Below are positions 50,339 to 64,000 of a stretch of 64,000 nucleotides of DNA, in pieces. The stretch covers positions 1,065,233-1,129,232 of the forward strand of contig BFEA01000033.1 in assembly GCA_003427395.1 (NCBI GenBank). The letters run 5' to 3'. Position numbers and translations under genes: made by a program. The notes beneath the pieces are model-generated. The model was given only the letters and a program-made list of their open reading frames with translations. It was not told where the DNA came from and did no database searches. Position 1 is the first letter of the stretch, and each line of letters opens with the position of its first letter. This stretch comes from Chara braunii. Lineage: Eukaryota; Plantae; Charophyceae.

Positions 50339-51050
50339 TCTTTACCCATGTCTTCCTCCCCATACACGAAGACCACCACCACCTCCATTGGTTGTCCAAG
50401 CCAAGCCCTGGCTATGTAGGGCTGACGATGGCGCTGCCCTCAACAGCGCTCTGCCTTCTTCCAGCGCCTGTGCGCACTGCCTGGCACCTAGTGCTAACGC
50501 ACAGCGCACAGCCTGCGAGCGCACGCTCAAGCAGCGTTGCCGCATGCACTGCCTAGAGCCCGAATGAGCCCACCAGTGGCGAGCTCTTTCCTTTATGGAA
50601 AGTGCTCGCCCAATTTGCTGCCTGGCTGGGCCTGGTGTGTTTCCAGTAGCTTCTGATCGGGCCAAAGTGTTTGCGCCCAGGGCCATTCAGACATTGGCCT
50701 GGGACCAAATTGGGTAGGCCTGCCCAACCACCCAGGAGTAAACATGAGAATCTCCCTGCTTCGCCTGTGCTGTTGGAAGAGCCTAGAAGGCTCATGAATT
50801 ATTTCTGATTCTCACGAGTACGGAGGATGTAACCAACTAGTGCATGGAAACTGTCTGGCGCCCACCAAACATTGCCAAAATTGACGAACTCATGCCATAT
50901 TGAAATTCAGGGGCCCGCCTTTACTTAGGGCGGGCTCATACTTGCTGAAAGGGCCCTACAGTGGCCTGTCAAGGAGCTAACTCGTAACCAAGCCTCGTCG
51001 AAGATCCATGCCCACATGGGGGTTCCAACAGGCTCTGCTTGGGCCCCTCA
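49100..51050 (-). mobile_element. LTR retrotransposon 5' fragment: PBS 49907-49917, LTR from 49921, leader to the left
   Basis: ctctgatacca-aat-tacaagg parallels 53449-53470 (gctgtgatacca-aat-tgcaagg); outer limits approximate. Confidence 0.6.
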
Positions 51051-51238
51051 GCCTGGTCTCATAACCCTATAAACAGGCATTGGCACATATTTGCAGGTCC
51101 GCCTTCACTTAGGGCGGGCACGGCACTTTCAGACACTGCCGAAGGACTAAATCCTCGCAATCCGAAAAAAAGAAAAAAAAAGGTTAAAATTAAAAATTCA
51201 CGATTTTGGGGACTAATTAGGGTTATCTAATAAACTAC

Positions 51239-51240
<2 letters not shown>

Positions 51241-51286
<46 letters not shown>
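51241..51286. repeat. (AATC)n microsatellite
   Basis: Direct observation. Confidence 0.95.
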
Positions 51287-51287
<1 letters not shown>

Positions 51288-51289
51288 TG

Positions 51290-51622
51290 ATCGATTGATC
51301 GTTCGTCCGCTTGCACGCGTCAGGTCAGGCTTTTGTCCTGATTCACGTGCGGGGCTCTGATACCAACTGACACATGCCCAGTTGGGCAATGTGTATGGAG
51401 CCAAGGATCCGCAAAGTGATGGAAAGGACTGAAATGGACAGTGCAATGTCAGCGAAGCATCAACAAGCAATGTACATCCCGATACATACAAAATGGCACA
51501 ATGTAGCGCAGTGGAAGACTGAAAGATAAGACCTGATCTGACTGAAACTGACGTGACATCCCATCATACACCACAATTGTGAGAGAGGAAGGAGGGACGA
51601 CATACATAGGGCCTCGTTAGAC
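51290..51622 (-). mobile_element. PBS (51354-51365) plus adjacent LTR fragment starting at 51368
   Basis: Perfect gctctgatacca followed 2 nt later by TG; right boundary uncertain. Confidence 0.6.
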
Positions 51623-51759
51623 ACTCCTTATGGACCCGAAATCCACAAGGAAGTGCTCGTTCCACCTGTCCTTGGAGACGATTCGTGAAAAAAAAATTGA
51701 AAACAGCACAAGGAAATTTCCTTGTGGCGTCCTTGTGGCTACAGCCAATTTTTCTGAAT

Positions 51760-53240
51760 CCCCATCAGGAACAAACTCTTTAGATTTAACCCATACCAGA
51801 TCACCTACAACAAATTGAGAAGGTCTTCTATGCTTATTTGCTTGTTCTATCATCTGATGTTGTGTTTTTACTATATTTTCCTTCACCTTTTCAATATCTT
51901 TCTAATCTGTATCGCAAACTCGCTTGTTCCTAGTGGAAGCTTATGTACTTGATCCAGATTCAGGCGATCAATAAGTCTACGTGGTCGTCATCCCAAATGC
52001 GGCTCCATCGGAGTCTTGCATGTAGACAGGTGAACAGAGTTGTTATAGGCACTAGCACCTTTGGGCAAATGTTCGTCCTAGTTAATTTGGTCGGGACATG
52101 TACATACGCAACGTTTCTGCAAAATCTTGTTCATTTGCTCAGTCTGGCCGTTTGTCTCAGGATGTCTACCTTATGAGCCATAGATGTTCATTAGTTGCTG
52201 CCACTGTTCACTTGTGAATCTATGTCACTTAATCGTTAAGGGATGTCCATAATCCTTCACCCAATGGTTAAAGAATTCTCGGATTAATAATTTTAACTTC
52301 GCTTCCACTGACAATGCTACGAATACAGCATATTTACTGAACATGTCAACGATAACCATGACTTGCGTCTTTCCATTCCTGCTTTTTACCTTAGTGTCCA
52401 TAAAGTCAATAGACACAGAGTCTCCTGGACCTCTTGGGATTGGCAAAGGCTTCAGTAGACCAAGGGGAGGTTGAGTGGTGCTCTTATTTCGTTGGCACAC
52501 TTGACAACCTTGCACATACGCAATGCAATCGGGTTTTATGCGAGGCCAAGTGTAGGAACGCGAAAGAGTTGCATAAGTCTTTTTCCATCCAAAATGGCCT
52601 TTGGTGTCGTGACAGTCCCCCAATATCAAACTTTTGATCTCTTCCTCATTTGGAATACAAAGCCTATCATGCACATCCTTTCTTTCAAACAGCAATCCTT
52701 GTGTAATACGATAGTTAGGAAACTATTGAAACGTTTCTTGTATACTCTTAATCATCGCCCATAAACAGGATTTGTGGAATACGCACTTTTAATTTTCTCT
52801 TACAGGTCGGTGCCTACATTTAGATATGTTACAATGACACCGAAGAAATCAGATCTTCGACTTAGCGCATCAGCAACAACGTTATACTTATCCTTAACTG
52901 ACTTTAGCTCAAAATCATACTGATCAATCCCGGCGGCCCACCTAGTCAATTTAGGCGTCATCCGGGTCTACGTTTTAAACCAGCGAAGTGTCTCGTGATC
53001 CGAGTACACTTTGAAGTGGCGTCCTAAGAGATAGTGTCGCCAGTGATCTAGAGCTTCTCGGAGAGCAAACAACTCCCTTTTATACGTTGAAGCAGCGGCC
53101 TTCTTATTAGGCAGTCGTCGGGACATAAACTCAACAGGCTTGTATCCATTTCCATCATCTTGTTGGAGTACCACACCTATCCCGTATTGACTGGCGTCGG
53201 TTGTAACGACAAAGGGCAAAGAAGGATCAGCAACCTCAGC
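51760..53240 (-). pseudogene. pol: Gypsy RNase H-integrase fragment closely related to the 8382-17108 family
   Basis: DPSLPFVVTTDASQYGIG, DHWRHYLLGR, EEIKSLILG, CQVCQRNK and KTQVMVIVD nearly match 9950-11450. Confidence 0.92.
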
Positions 53241-53463
53241 CAAATGCCACATCGGCATGCTCTCATCATCGTACATACACCGGTTGTCGCCCCTGCTCCC
53301 ACGTTGTTGCCACATCCTTCCTGCAGTGCACCCTCTACCCGGATGCCACATCAACAAGCCAGTGCCAAAGTATCCTCACTGCCCAAAAGCATCGTCAACT
53401 CACCAAGTAACAATGTCACCAGCCCCGGTTAATGGCAAGCACGAACCAGCTGTGATACCAAAT

Positions 53464-53839
53464 TGCAAGGAATATGAATGAGAACAATATACAGAAAGCA
53501 AAGTTGCGAAATCGCACAGATGTCCAAGTAGTCATGTACCAAGCAGAGAGCATAAATGCGCCAAGATTCCATCCACATAAGAGCGTTACAATGAACCATA
53601 GCTACATCGGACCGGACCCTGGACCCCAGACCCCGGACCTCCCGGACCCTTCCGGAGTTATTCGGACCGACCCGGACTCCTCGTTCTCCTTTACTCCTCC
53701 CCCTCCTCGTCGGAGCTATGGTGTAAGGGGGGAGTGTGTGTACAGGGCCTAGCCACGCCATGCGCAAATTAGTGATGTGGCACATATGCACTTTCTTTTT
53801 TTTCTTTTTTTTAAAAAAAGGGTGTGTGTGTGTATGGGG

Positions 53840-53905
<66 letters not shown>

Positions 53906-56210
53906 AACCACAACAACGGGTCCTCTTAACACGGATCAGGCCCATGCAGGCCATCTGAAGGGTCCTCACAGCCATGTAGTGCGAAACCCCCACAAAATCG
54001 AGGCAGGCAGCGCATATGAAGTAGAGCACGAGCTGGCCGAATATATAGTCATGATTCGAGTTCAGGTATGTGTTTCAGCAATTATGGGTTTCTCGCGTAG
54101 CTAGGACCTGTTGATCTCTGGCATTCTCTGCACGTGACTCTTAGGGCTTGGCTGCACTACTCACGAAATGTGCAAAATTAGAATGAATCTTCTGCACAAC
54201 GTGGAATAATACGTGTTTTGTCTTTTGTGCATTTGGTGAGTAGAGGCCCTTAGGGCCACTGCACATATTCCTAAGAAAAGAAAAATGAGAAAAGAAAAGA
54301 AAAACGAGAAAAGAAAAGGAAAACAAAAGAAGAAGAAAAAAAAAAGAAAACAGAGAAATAGTGACCCATAACCGAGATGCACAGACCTGAATTTGAATCC
54401 AGACTATATATTCTCTGCCCACGCTCACGAAGTACAAGTTTGAATTGTACCTCTAGGATCCTGGCTAGTATGCTGTAGGGATCCTATTGAAAAGAGGCTG
54501 GACCCAACTAGGACAGCTTTGGGGTATGGTGTGGCCCCGACTTTTCTCCCTATTCCTTTCTGATTTTCAGAAGCGAGCGGAATGTTTGGCCACCCCACGC
54601 TGTCCTTTCAACTTTTTCATTTATTTATTTTTTTAGTGCGCCGCTGCAACCACGGAAAAAAAAAAAAAAAAAAAAAAAAACACAACAACAACCTCGTTTT
54701 CTGGGCCGTTTGGATCGTCGGTGAGGTTGGTAAAAAATAAGGCACTATTTCTTTTGGGCGGCCCAGGGCATGAACAATCGCCCCCGACCACCGAAAAAAA
54801 AAATTGGCCATTGGGCTAGGGCCCTCACATCCGGACCAAGATCCGGACCCGGACCCCGGACCACGAACGGTCCGGATCCCTGTCCAGTGGTCCGGATCGT
54901 AGCCATGCAATGAACTCATGAGCCAATGTTCAAGCCCTCATGCCACACCAACGCAATATCCAATGTCGCTCCAATTGTATGGCGCCCAGCGCCCTACCTA
55001 TTCTACCTAGCGTATCCTACCACAACCGCATTCACGCAATAGGCTCACTTCGACTTTGAAGACCAATATACATGACGTCAACACCATAGCCAACCTCCCT
55101 CATGCACCAGGTATTAACCTTCTGTCACCAGGTCACAAATGGTTAACATATCTTGTCTCCCCTCATCACCCGCTGACCACCCACAGGTCCCACACTCGCC
55201 TCCTTCCTAAAGACCACCAATCGCCTCTTACCCCCTTGCACCATACAGCACGAGCATGGCTGCCCTGTTGACCCTCTCCTTCTCCGGGCTTCTCCCCTCT
55301 TCACGTTGACAATGATAATAAGATTATTCCTGATCACACACGGAAGTGCCACATGGCACTCAATCTCATGAAAAACACGAAGACAATGCAGATTCCAGTA
55401 TCGACTTCAAACCCACGTGAGTACCCGTTCTCCCTCAACCACAGATCCCGATCTTCCTCCTCTTCACAACCAGTCACTTCATGTAGACAGCATGGACAAT
55501 GTGTCGTCAACAATCAAAAACAGGTGGCAATTGCCCCCTCATCAATGTAAACCAGTAGTAGCGCTACATCAGTAAGCCACGCAGACCACAGACAGCGCCA
55601 CGTTAGCATGCCACGTAGACCATAGGCAGCGCCACGTATACTAGAGGCAGCGCCACATCAACATATCGCCTAGACCATAGGCAACGCCACGTATACCAAA
55701 GGCAACGCCGCATTAGCATGCCATGTAAACCAGAGGCGGCGCCACATATACCAGAGGCACCGTCACATCAACATGGCATGGAACACTGAAGAAGCGTCGA
55801 CATGCTGCCTCCTACTCATGTCGTTGTCTGCAGCGCTTGTGCACAGCCAGCATAAAGCTAGCATGGTGTCAAAATCGAGCCTGCGTCAAAGCAGCATAGC
55901 AAAACTGAATGCCTTAACTCTTTCGAGGCCAACCTTAAGTAGCAATACGTGAGGTTGTCTGGCCTCGGTGCTTTTCTCTTCAATCGTCCAGATTGACTCA
56001 CAAAGTGTGAGTGCTTGACATGCGGTCTAGGCTAGGTACCTGTGGACTTTGACTGATTGGTGGACCGATAGTTGACTAAAGTCAACTGTCACACGTCATA
56101 CCCTAAATTCGTGAAGGGTTTTTTTTGCCCTTGTTAGGCGTGGGCTGGGGGTGGCTAAGTAGGCCCGCTGATGACCCTCAATTCCACGAGACATTTGGCA
56201 AGTTATTGCA
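53464..56210 (-). repeat. LTR (~1.4 kb after removing the hAT insert) with a PBS on one side and a PPT on the other
   Basis: tgcaa...ttgca termini; PBS at 53449-53460; tttctcccgactc at 56211 onward reads as a purine tract on the minus strand; 55268-55938 matches 62678-63271. Confidence 0.75.
53597..54907. mobile_element. Non-autonomous hAT-superfamily DNA transposon inserted in the LTR
   Basis: 8-bp TSD CAATGAAC (53589-53596 and 54908-54915); imperfect TIR catagctacatcggacc / ggtccggatcgtagccatg; subterminal GGACC repeats. Confidence 0.88.
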
Positions 56211-59200
56211 TTTCTCCCGACTCGATTTTTGTGTTCCATTGCAGAAAATTAATTAATTCTACGTTAACCCACATTCATATGCATCAATAATATCAAGAGC
56301 AGTGAGTGGGAGTTTTTTCCTACTAAATCATCCGGCCTTAGATGAAGGTTGGGATTTGAACTTTATCTTGTCCTTCTTCTGAGGTCGTCCTTTGCCACCT
56401 GTAGAGCAATAACCATGTTCCAATATTTTCTCAACTTCGTAACCTCCATCCATAGAAGGTAAAGTCATAAATTGCCTATTTGGAAAATCGTCACTTTCTA
56501 CATAAGGTAGCAACTTAGACGCGTGAAAAACAGGGTATATCCTAAGATGTGGAGGTTTATCTATACGGTAAGAAGGTTCATCTTCACCTCCAATTACTTT
56601 GAGAACTTCCCAGGGTCCATAGTAGACAGGTAGCAGTTTTTGACACACATTTTCTTCTAAGGAAAACTATTTCTACCTAACCCATACAAAGTGTCCTTCT
56701 TGGAATTGTGAAGGATGACGATGTTTATAAGCTTATTCAATCATTTGCAGTTGGACTTTCTGTATGTTTTCCTTCACCTTCTTGATGTCTTCTTCATACA
56801 AAACTGTAAATTCACGCGTCTCTGGGGGTAGGCTTTGAATTTGGCCCCTCGTTAATGTATCAATGAAACGCCTAGGCTTCCATCCTTTATGCAGTGCGTT
56901 AGGTATTCTACCTATGACAGTATGTATACTGTTGTTATATGCACTGACAATTTTAGGCAAGTTCTCATCCCAGTCAATATGATATGAACGGACATACATT
57001 CGCAAAAGTTGTTAACCAAGAAAATTCATTTGCTCAATTTGATCATTCGTTTCAGGATGTCTGTCTGATAACAATGGTCAATTTGGTTTTATAGACTTCC
57101 ATCAACTTTTGCCATTGTTGACTGGTGAATCAAACATTTTTATCTGATACGATAATTTTGAAAAATTCATATTGAAAGACTCATCCCATTTGAAACTTTT
57201 GGATGACTAGTTCGGTTCTCGCTTCAACAGGCGAAGGAATGAACATAGCATACTTAGAGAATCTATCAACGATTACCATTACCTGACTATTACCGTTTCG
57301 ACTCTTCGTGAGGCTCATAAAGTCAATAGAGATAGATTCACCAGACTCACTTGGAATAGGTAGTGGTCGCAATAGTCTCATTGGATTCTCATGTGAGGGT
57401 TTGTTCCTTTGACAGACAAAGCAAATCTGCATATACTTTAATGCATATTCTTTCATTCCTTTCCACTCAAAACGTTCACGAACATCGACATACGTCTTCT
57501 TTTACCACCAAAGTGTCCTTCTGCATCATATCATTCCCCAATGATCAAACTCTTAATTGATTCTAGGTGAGGAATACACAATCGTTCTTCGGTTTTGTCC
57601 AGCAAGAAGAGTAAGTCATCGGTCATTCGATATTCTGAAAACAACTCGGGGTTCTTTCGTACTGTTCCAATAACAGGACTCCAAATATGATATCTCTCAT
57701 AAACCTGGCGGATCTGCTCTTTCAGTTCATTTCCAATATCGAGATAGGAGACAATAGTTCCAAAGAAATCCGCACGCCTGGACAAAGCATCCGCAACTAC
57801 GTTAGACTTACCTTTAATGGTTTCACCTCAAAGTCAAATGTGTCGAGGAATGCGAACCACCTTACCAACTTGTTGGAGAGGTTAGGGTGAATCTTGATCC
57901 ACTTCAATGTAGACTGATCAGAGTAGACAATGAAATGTCTCCCTAACAAGTAGTGCTTTCAGGTATCTAGTGCATCTACTAAGGCATACAATTCTCTTTC
58001 ATATGTAGAGTTCGTTATTTTTTAGGACAGAAGTATTCTCGACATAAACTCAATAGGTCTATATCCTTTACCGTTATCTTGTTGTAGCACAACCCCAATC
58101 TCATACTGACTTGCGTCAGTCGTGACAATGAAAGGAAGAGAAGGGTCGTCAATTTTTAAGACATGGTAATGAGTCAAAGCATGTTTTCACTTTTTAACCG
58201 ATGACTCATAGTCTTTGTCCCACAACCAAAGTTTTTCCTTTTTCAGTAATCTCCTCATAGGAGCAACTATCAAGGAGAAGTTTTTGACGAACTTCCTATA
58301 ATAGCTAGTTAGTCCTAAGAAAGACCTTAGTTCGGTTGTAGTCTTAGGTTGTGGTCAATCTCTGATTGAATCTCTGATTGATGTAATCTGCTTTTCTTCA
58401 GGCCTTAGTCCTTCCTCGTTTACTATATGCCCTAAGTACAAAACTTCAGGCTTAGCAAACTCAGACTTCTTCGGATTCAGTTTGAAGTTGCTCTCGCGCA
58501 ACTTCTGCAAAATCGTTCGTAGGTGTTTTTCATGATCCTCTAGTGTTTTGCTATACATTAGAATGTCATCGAGATAGACTACTACGAATTGGTCAAGCCA
58601 TTGGTGGAATAACTCATTCATTGACCTTTGAAAGGTCGCAATTTGTAAGACCCAAGTGCATAACCACGAACTCGTAGTGACCATACCTGATTCGGAAAAC
58701 CGTCTTGTTTTGATCCTTAAGAACCACCTCAATCTGGTGGTACCCTGACTTGAGATCAATCTTACTGAAATACCTGCACCCCTGCAACTGATCCAATAGA
58801 TCGTCAATGCGCGAAAGAGGTTTCACGTTTTTAACAGTGACGAAATTCAGGCCGCGATAGTCAATATATAAACGAAGTTCACCTTCCTTTTAAGACACGA
58901 CTAAGATAGGCGCATCATAAGAAGATGAACTAGGGTCAATCCATCCGTTGCTAGTAAGTTCTTGCAACTGCTTCCGAAGTTCTTCAAGTTCCTTAGGAGA
59001 CATTCGGTAGATGAGACCCTTGGGATTCTTGCTTTCCGAAACGATCTCGATTGTGTGTTTAATAGCACGCTCAGTGATTCCCGTTGGCTCAGTTTGCAAG
59101 TTCTTATATTCGTCAAGAAGTTTCTCAATAGAAGGTGGATAGGATGAGAAACACTCACCAACTCGCTTGACAAGCATCATCATCACCTCCTGATCCAACT

Positions 59201-62200
59201 TCTTATTTACTACCATCGATCGAAAAGTTGGATAACTCATACAACAGAAAGACGGCGTAGAGTTAGAGTGAGACCTATGATATAACTTAATAGCACGCAG
59301 TTTGAACTTCTCGTCCTTGAGTTTGACAATTTTATCTTTAAACTCAACTTCTTGGTCTGCTTCCTCATGCCAATCCATGCCCTGAATTATATCAAAGGGT
59401 ATTTTTTTCTCAATTAGGAAAGATACTTCATGTAGAAATATTTTGTCCTTAGTTTTGAAATAACATTTGACACGATTGACATATTGAGAGACAGTGATTG
59501 CGCTCTTGTCAGCCAGTATAGACGTGATAGGTCTAGGTAAATCCTTTACCTTCAATCCAAGATGCAACTTACGAATTGCCTTTTCTAATATATAAGACCG
59601 CGTCGATCCCAGATCTAACAGAGCACCTACTCGCGTGTGCGCAATCTCAGTATCTGCGATCATCAACTCACCTTTTGACTTCGCTTTCTTCGCCCACGAG
59701 CTCCGTAATGCTATGAGTTTATTGTCAAGCTCATCAAGAGAATCGTCCAGCGAGACAGAACAAAGTAGTGTTTCAAGGTGGTCAAGACGAGCGAAAAAAG
59801 AGTCATCCTCTACCTTGAGAGTCGAAGCGGTAGAAGGGATTGTAGGTGCCTTACCTTTATCTTGGTCTAAACCCTTCAACTCAGTAGAAGCAGATGGTTG
59901 CTCGCTTTTGGGTTTCGAATAAGTGGGCACCAAGCTATCTCGTGCCCCACGGTGCCACACTTGAGGCACTGACGATTATCCATTTTGGACTCTCACTCCT
60001 CTCGAGTCATGTTCATTTTTTTCTACGGTCTCCCGAACGCGATGCCGGGATGCTCGGGAAACGAGCGTAGCCTCCTCTTCTTCTTCCACTGACTTTGGCC
60101 TCCCTTGTTGACGATTACAGCATCGACGCCACCCTTCCCAGATTCGCTGCCGCCATTACCTCCTCCTCCCTCAAACTCATCGAGGGGTAATTTTTCTACT
60201 GTCTCATCATAAAATAGCACAAGCATATGGTCCTGACGCTTTCACCGCCAAAGGACCCGCTTGCCGTACCCACCAACCGGTCCTGATTTGACTACCGAAG
60301 CGTACGTACCTTTCACTTGCATGGTCATCTGCTCTCTTTGGAGAGCGAGATCGCGAAACTGTCGATAATTGTACTTACCAAACTTTGACTCTGTCACGAG
60401 TTGTCCACGAATGGGCTCGGACAATACTCGTGAGTAAATTTACAGGACCTGGTTATCTTGCAAATTCAACCCAGGTACCTGCAAAAGAAGATCAACTTCA
60501 CGAGACAGTGAATCAACCGAAGACCAACGCTTCTGGCGAATGGTGGTGAGTTCGTCGAAAGCCTTATCGATTGTCGTTTTATCGAGCAATCTTTCCTTAA
60601 CCTTTTGGAGAAATTGTCTCAACGTCAAAGTCTTAGCCCACTCACCTATATCCTCGAAGCCAGCAGCATTGGCGTCGGCCAACACCCACTGCTTAGCCAC
60701 TCCTCCCAAACACGACGTGGAGAAAATGACCCGACTCTCGGGCTCAACGGGTGTTGTTCCGACGTAGGTCTGAATTTCCGCAATCCAGAACAACAAGTTT
60801 TCTTCCTTCTTGTTGTTGTACATGAATGACACTTTTATTTTAACATTTTATTTTTTCGTTTTTTTTGCTTCCTTCACCGGTTCTTCTTTTTTTTTCGGTG
60901 AGTGATTCCTTCTTCTCAACTTGTCTCTCAGGTTATTTCTTAGAACCTTCGGGTTTCTCGGGTGTGCCTCCTTTTATCGCGTCCTTCATTAATTTTTATT
61001 GGGGTTCCTTCTTGTCTTCTCTGCCCTTGGCCACCTTTTTATACACCACTTTTTTTTTTTCCTTCTGTCATTCTGATCATTGTCTCCATAGCGGCGGTGT
61101 TACTGTCAATTTTCTTCTTGAGATGAACGAGGTAGATCGTAATAGACTGAAGAATAAATGCAACCTCACTACCTACTTCTTCGTAATTAAACTTTTACCT
61201 CAATTCATTCATTACTTTTTCTTTTTTTTGCTGTTCTTTCAATTCTTCAATCTTCCTCCTGTCGTCTTTTAATGTACTCTCAAGTTGCCTGACGTTTCCC
61301 TCCATTATTTCTACAGACAATTGTTCTTTTTTTCTTCCTTTCTTCTTTCATTTTTTGATCCATCTTTTCAAAGTCATCGACGACATATTGATCAAGGATC
61401 AGTCGTCCTTGCTTTATGAGGTCTTCGCCCCGCTTGCCTGTTTCTATTATCTGAACAACAGTTTTAACGACATGTAGATCTCTTTCAGCATCTCGCAGAT
61501 TGATCCGTCTGTGAACGTCCTATTCAGCATCTAGACCGACACCATGTATCTCAACAAGAAGTTGGCGAAGGAAGCCGACCCAAGTATGCCTCCTTGCGTA
61601 AATCTAACCACGGGTTTTCAGTTCCACTCCCTCTTCAACGACAAAGACAGTAAGAGGAATGGAGAAAAAAATCAGCCGTATGAACCGAGTCAAGATAGAG
61701 GCACGCAGATATTTCCAAAGAGAACTCGTTTTGTTAAACGTACAGATGCCGCACAATAAGTAAAATTAAAAGACAAAAATAAATTTCACGACGCACGCAA
61801 CTTACAACAAAAGTTATTCAAAGCATATACAAAGAAACACATATTTTACTAAGTCTAACTTCGTTATCTGTTCTTTCTATGTGATGACGTCCTACAGTAT
61901 GTGTACAAGTACCGCAGCCATGACCAATGTGATCAAGACAACAACACACAGGTGAGTATGCAAGGACACCGCAGAACAACCAATCAAGTGAGTAAAACCA
62001 ACACTCCAACACAATCAATTGTTAGCTTCCTCTCTTATGGTTGTACTATCTGCAGCAACCAAACATATTACACACTCAACACCTCACTCAGCCACGCAGG
62101 CCACTCAATGGAGTGCCACGTCAACACATCAAGAACCCAGAGGGTGTACAAGGGGAATGTCACGTTAGCAGGGCGTGCCTGTCACGCACATTACACTGCC

Positions 62201-62511
62201 ATGCCACACGTAGGCACTATGCCACATCAGCGATCCAATTCACACACTTCATTTCATTGGACCGGCATCCTATCAGCGTGTTGCATACGAAACTCTTGCC
62301 TGTGTGTCTTCAATGCAGCTACGTCATCAGTCTTCAAGGGACGGCTGCTCACAAGTGCATTACTACAATGTCGAGACTTGCGGTATGACCGCGTGCGTTA
62401 ATAAACGCGTTTCGTTTTGCACATGCGGCACCTCCCACTTACGTGGGTGCCACGTCAGCACCTGACAGCAAACAGCAGATTGCGATGAAGAAGTTCGCTC
62501 CGATACCAAAT
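56211..62511 (-). mobile_element. Internal region of a decayed Ty3/gypsy chromovirus (gag-PR-RT-RH-IN-chromodomain), PBS 62497-62508
   Basis: gag fragments 60023-61400; LLDLGST protease; [11 protein letters not shown] and YLDD RT; CFVCQRNK and VIVDRFSK integrase; YEVEKILEH chromodomain; many disruptions. Confidence 0.93.
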
Positions 62512-63271
62512 TGAACCTAGTCTAACAGATACTCAAAAGTCGTCCAATACCGGTAGACTCTGTATCTGCATCGAAATCTCCAATTTGTGATATCAAACAG
62601 TATCTCATTATCATTAATAGAAGAGAGTGAAGACGGAATAGGCAAGGGAAAAAATGAAGAATCAAATAATAATCCTTGCTGACCCTCTCCTTCTCCGGGT
62701 TTCTCCCCTCTTCACATTGACAATGATAATAAATATACTCTTGATCACACATGGACGTGCCACATGGCACTCAATCTCATGAAAACCATGAAGATACTGC
62801 AAATTCTAGCATCGACTTCAAACCCAGGTGAGTACCCGTTCTCCCTCAACCACAGATCCCGATTTTCCTCCTCTTCGAAACCAGTCACTTCATGTAAACA
62901 GCATGGACAATGCCTCGTCAACAATAAAAAACAGGTGGCAATCGCCCCCTCATCAATGTAGACCAGTAGCAGCGCTACATCGATAAGCCAGCAAACCAAA
63001 GGCAGCGCCACGTCAGCATGCCACGTAGACCATAGGCAGCGTCACGTATACCAAAGCCAGTGCCACATCAACATGCCAGGTAGACCAGAGGCAACGCCAC
63101 ATCAGCATGGCATGGCGCACTGAAGAAGCGTCGACATGTTGCCTCCTACTTGTGTCGTTGTCCGCAACGCTTATGCACAGCGAGCATGAAGCCAGCATCC
63201 TGTCAAAGTCGAGTCAGCCTCAAAGCAAGATAGCAAGACTGAATGCCTTGACTCTCTCGAGGCCAGCTTAA
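62512..63271 (-). repeat. 5' LTR (partial; interrupted at a TTAA site)
   Basis: TG 3 nt from the PBS; homology to 55268-55938 stops exactly at ttaa. Confidence 0.85.
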
Positions 63272-63905
63272 ACCACCAGTTCACCCGGACCTATTTTTAC
63301 GAACCAAACGTTTATTTTTTCCGAGCCTCAAACAAATTGGTGTCGGCCTATGAAAAGTCATTCGTGGTACTGGTCGCGTCCTCGTCTGTTCACTACAGCT
63401 GGACCTGAGGTGCAAAAAACAGGACGTTACTATTCCTATTCTGCATTTTTTTTTTCTTCAGTGTTTTCACTCTTTGGTGGGTACCCCGACCAACCGGTCG
63501 CTTCTTCCTGGCCCCACAACTGACACTATCGAACATTCTGCTGAGTCATGCTGGTGTGTAGCCAAAGGACACAGAGACGCGGAGGCTGGCGGTGCCACCA
63601 TGTCCACGAACGGCACCCACGATTGGCGTGAACATGGGGCCTCGCCACACCACTCTCGAAATGCGGCGGGTGCATCATCTGGCCATGTTCTAGTAGGAAG
63701 TCACGATTGGCGCCCACGATGGCGTGAACATGGGGCCTCGCCACACCGCTCTCGAAATGCGGCGGGTGCATCATCTGGCCATGTTCTAGCAGGAGGTTCA
63801 TTCTCATTTTTGCACATTTCGAGAGCGAAGTGGCATGTCCATTGTGGCAGCATCGTACTACAGAGATTGAGTGGCGGGATATCTGAGCGATCATCAGCCT
63901 TTCCC

Positions 63906-63906
<1 letters not shown>
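63272..63906. mobile_element. Left end of a TTAA-targeting TIR transposon related to the 1821-1950 MITE
   Basis: ttaa-accaccagt terminus; contains a 96-bp-period duplication (63625 and 63721); other end not seen in the window. Confidence 0.7.

Positions 63907-64000
<94 letters not shown>
63907..64000. repeat. (CA)n(GA)n microsatellite
   Basis: Direct observation; similar compound repeats at 28259-28434, 35402-35531 and 38513-38602. Confidence 0.98.

Overview
Eukaryotic, repeat-dense draft-assembly window with four N-gaps, many microsatellites and a leftover Nextera mate-pair adapter. Chromodomain-bearing Ty3/gypsy elements with tRNA-iMet PBSs, no copia, and very long TE-filled introns suggest a charophyte alga such as Chara; this taxonomy is inference. 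One host gene can be reconstructed: three + strand exons (6845-7393, 31353-31683, 32855-33908) splice in frame across a ~24 kb intron. They encode tandem bacterial-type Ig-like repeats, and no 5' exon was found in the window. Most of the remainder is decayed chromoviruses (8382-17108, 18658-23582, 51760-63271), an L1/Tx1-type LINE (25470-30365), a hAT non-autonomous element with an 8-bp TSD, and TTAA-targeting TIR elements. The most striking hidden signal is four hammerhead-ribozyme motifs, all on the minus strand. Three type III motifs belong to one non-coding dispersed repeat family, and the copy at 40668-40723 is fully canonical. One type I motif with a palindromic stem III lies at 45622-45686. 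Together they point to a retrozyme/Penelope-like ribozyme retroelement system. A compositionally distinct 41.6-45.4 kb block may be a decayed endogenous viral element resembling a rhabdovirus glycoprotein, next to a divergent orphan ORF.
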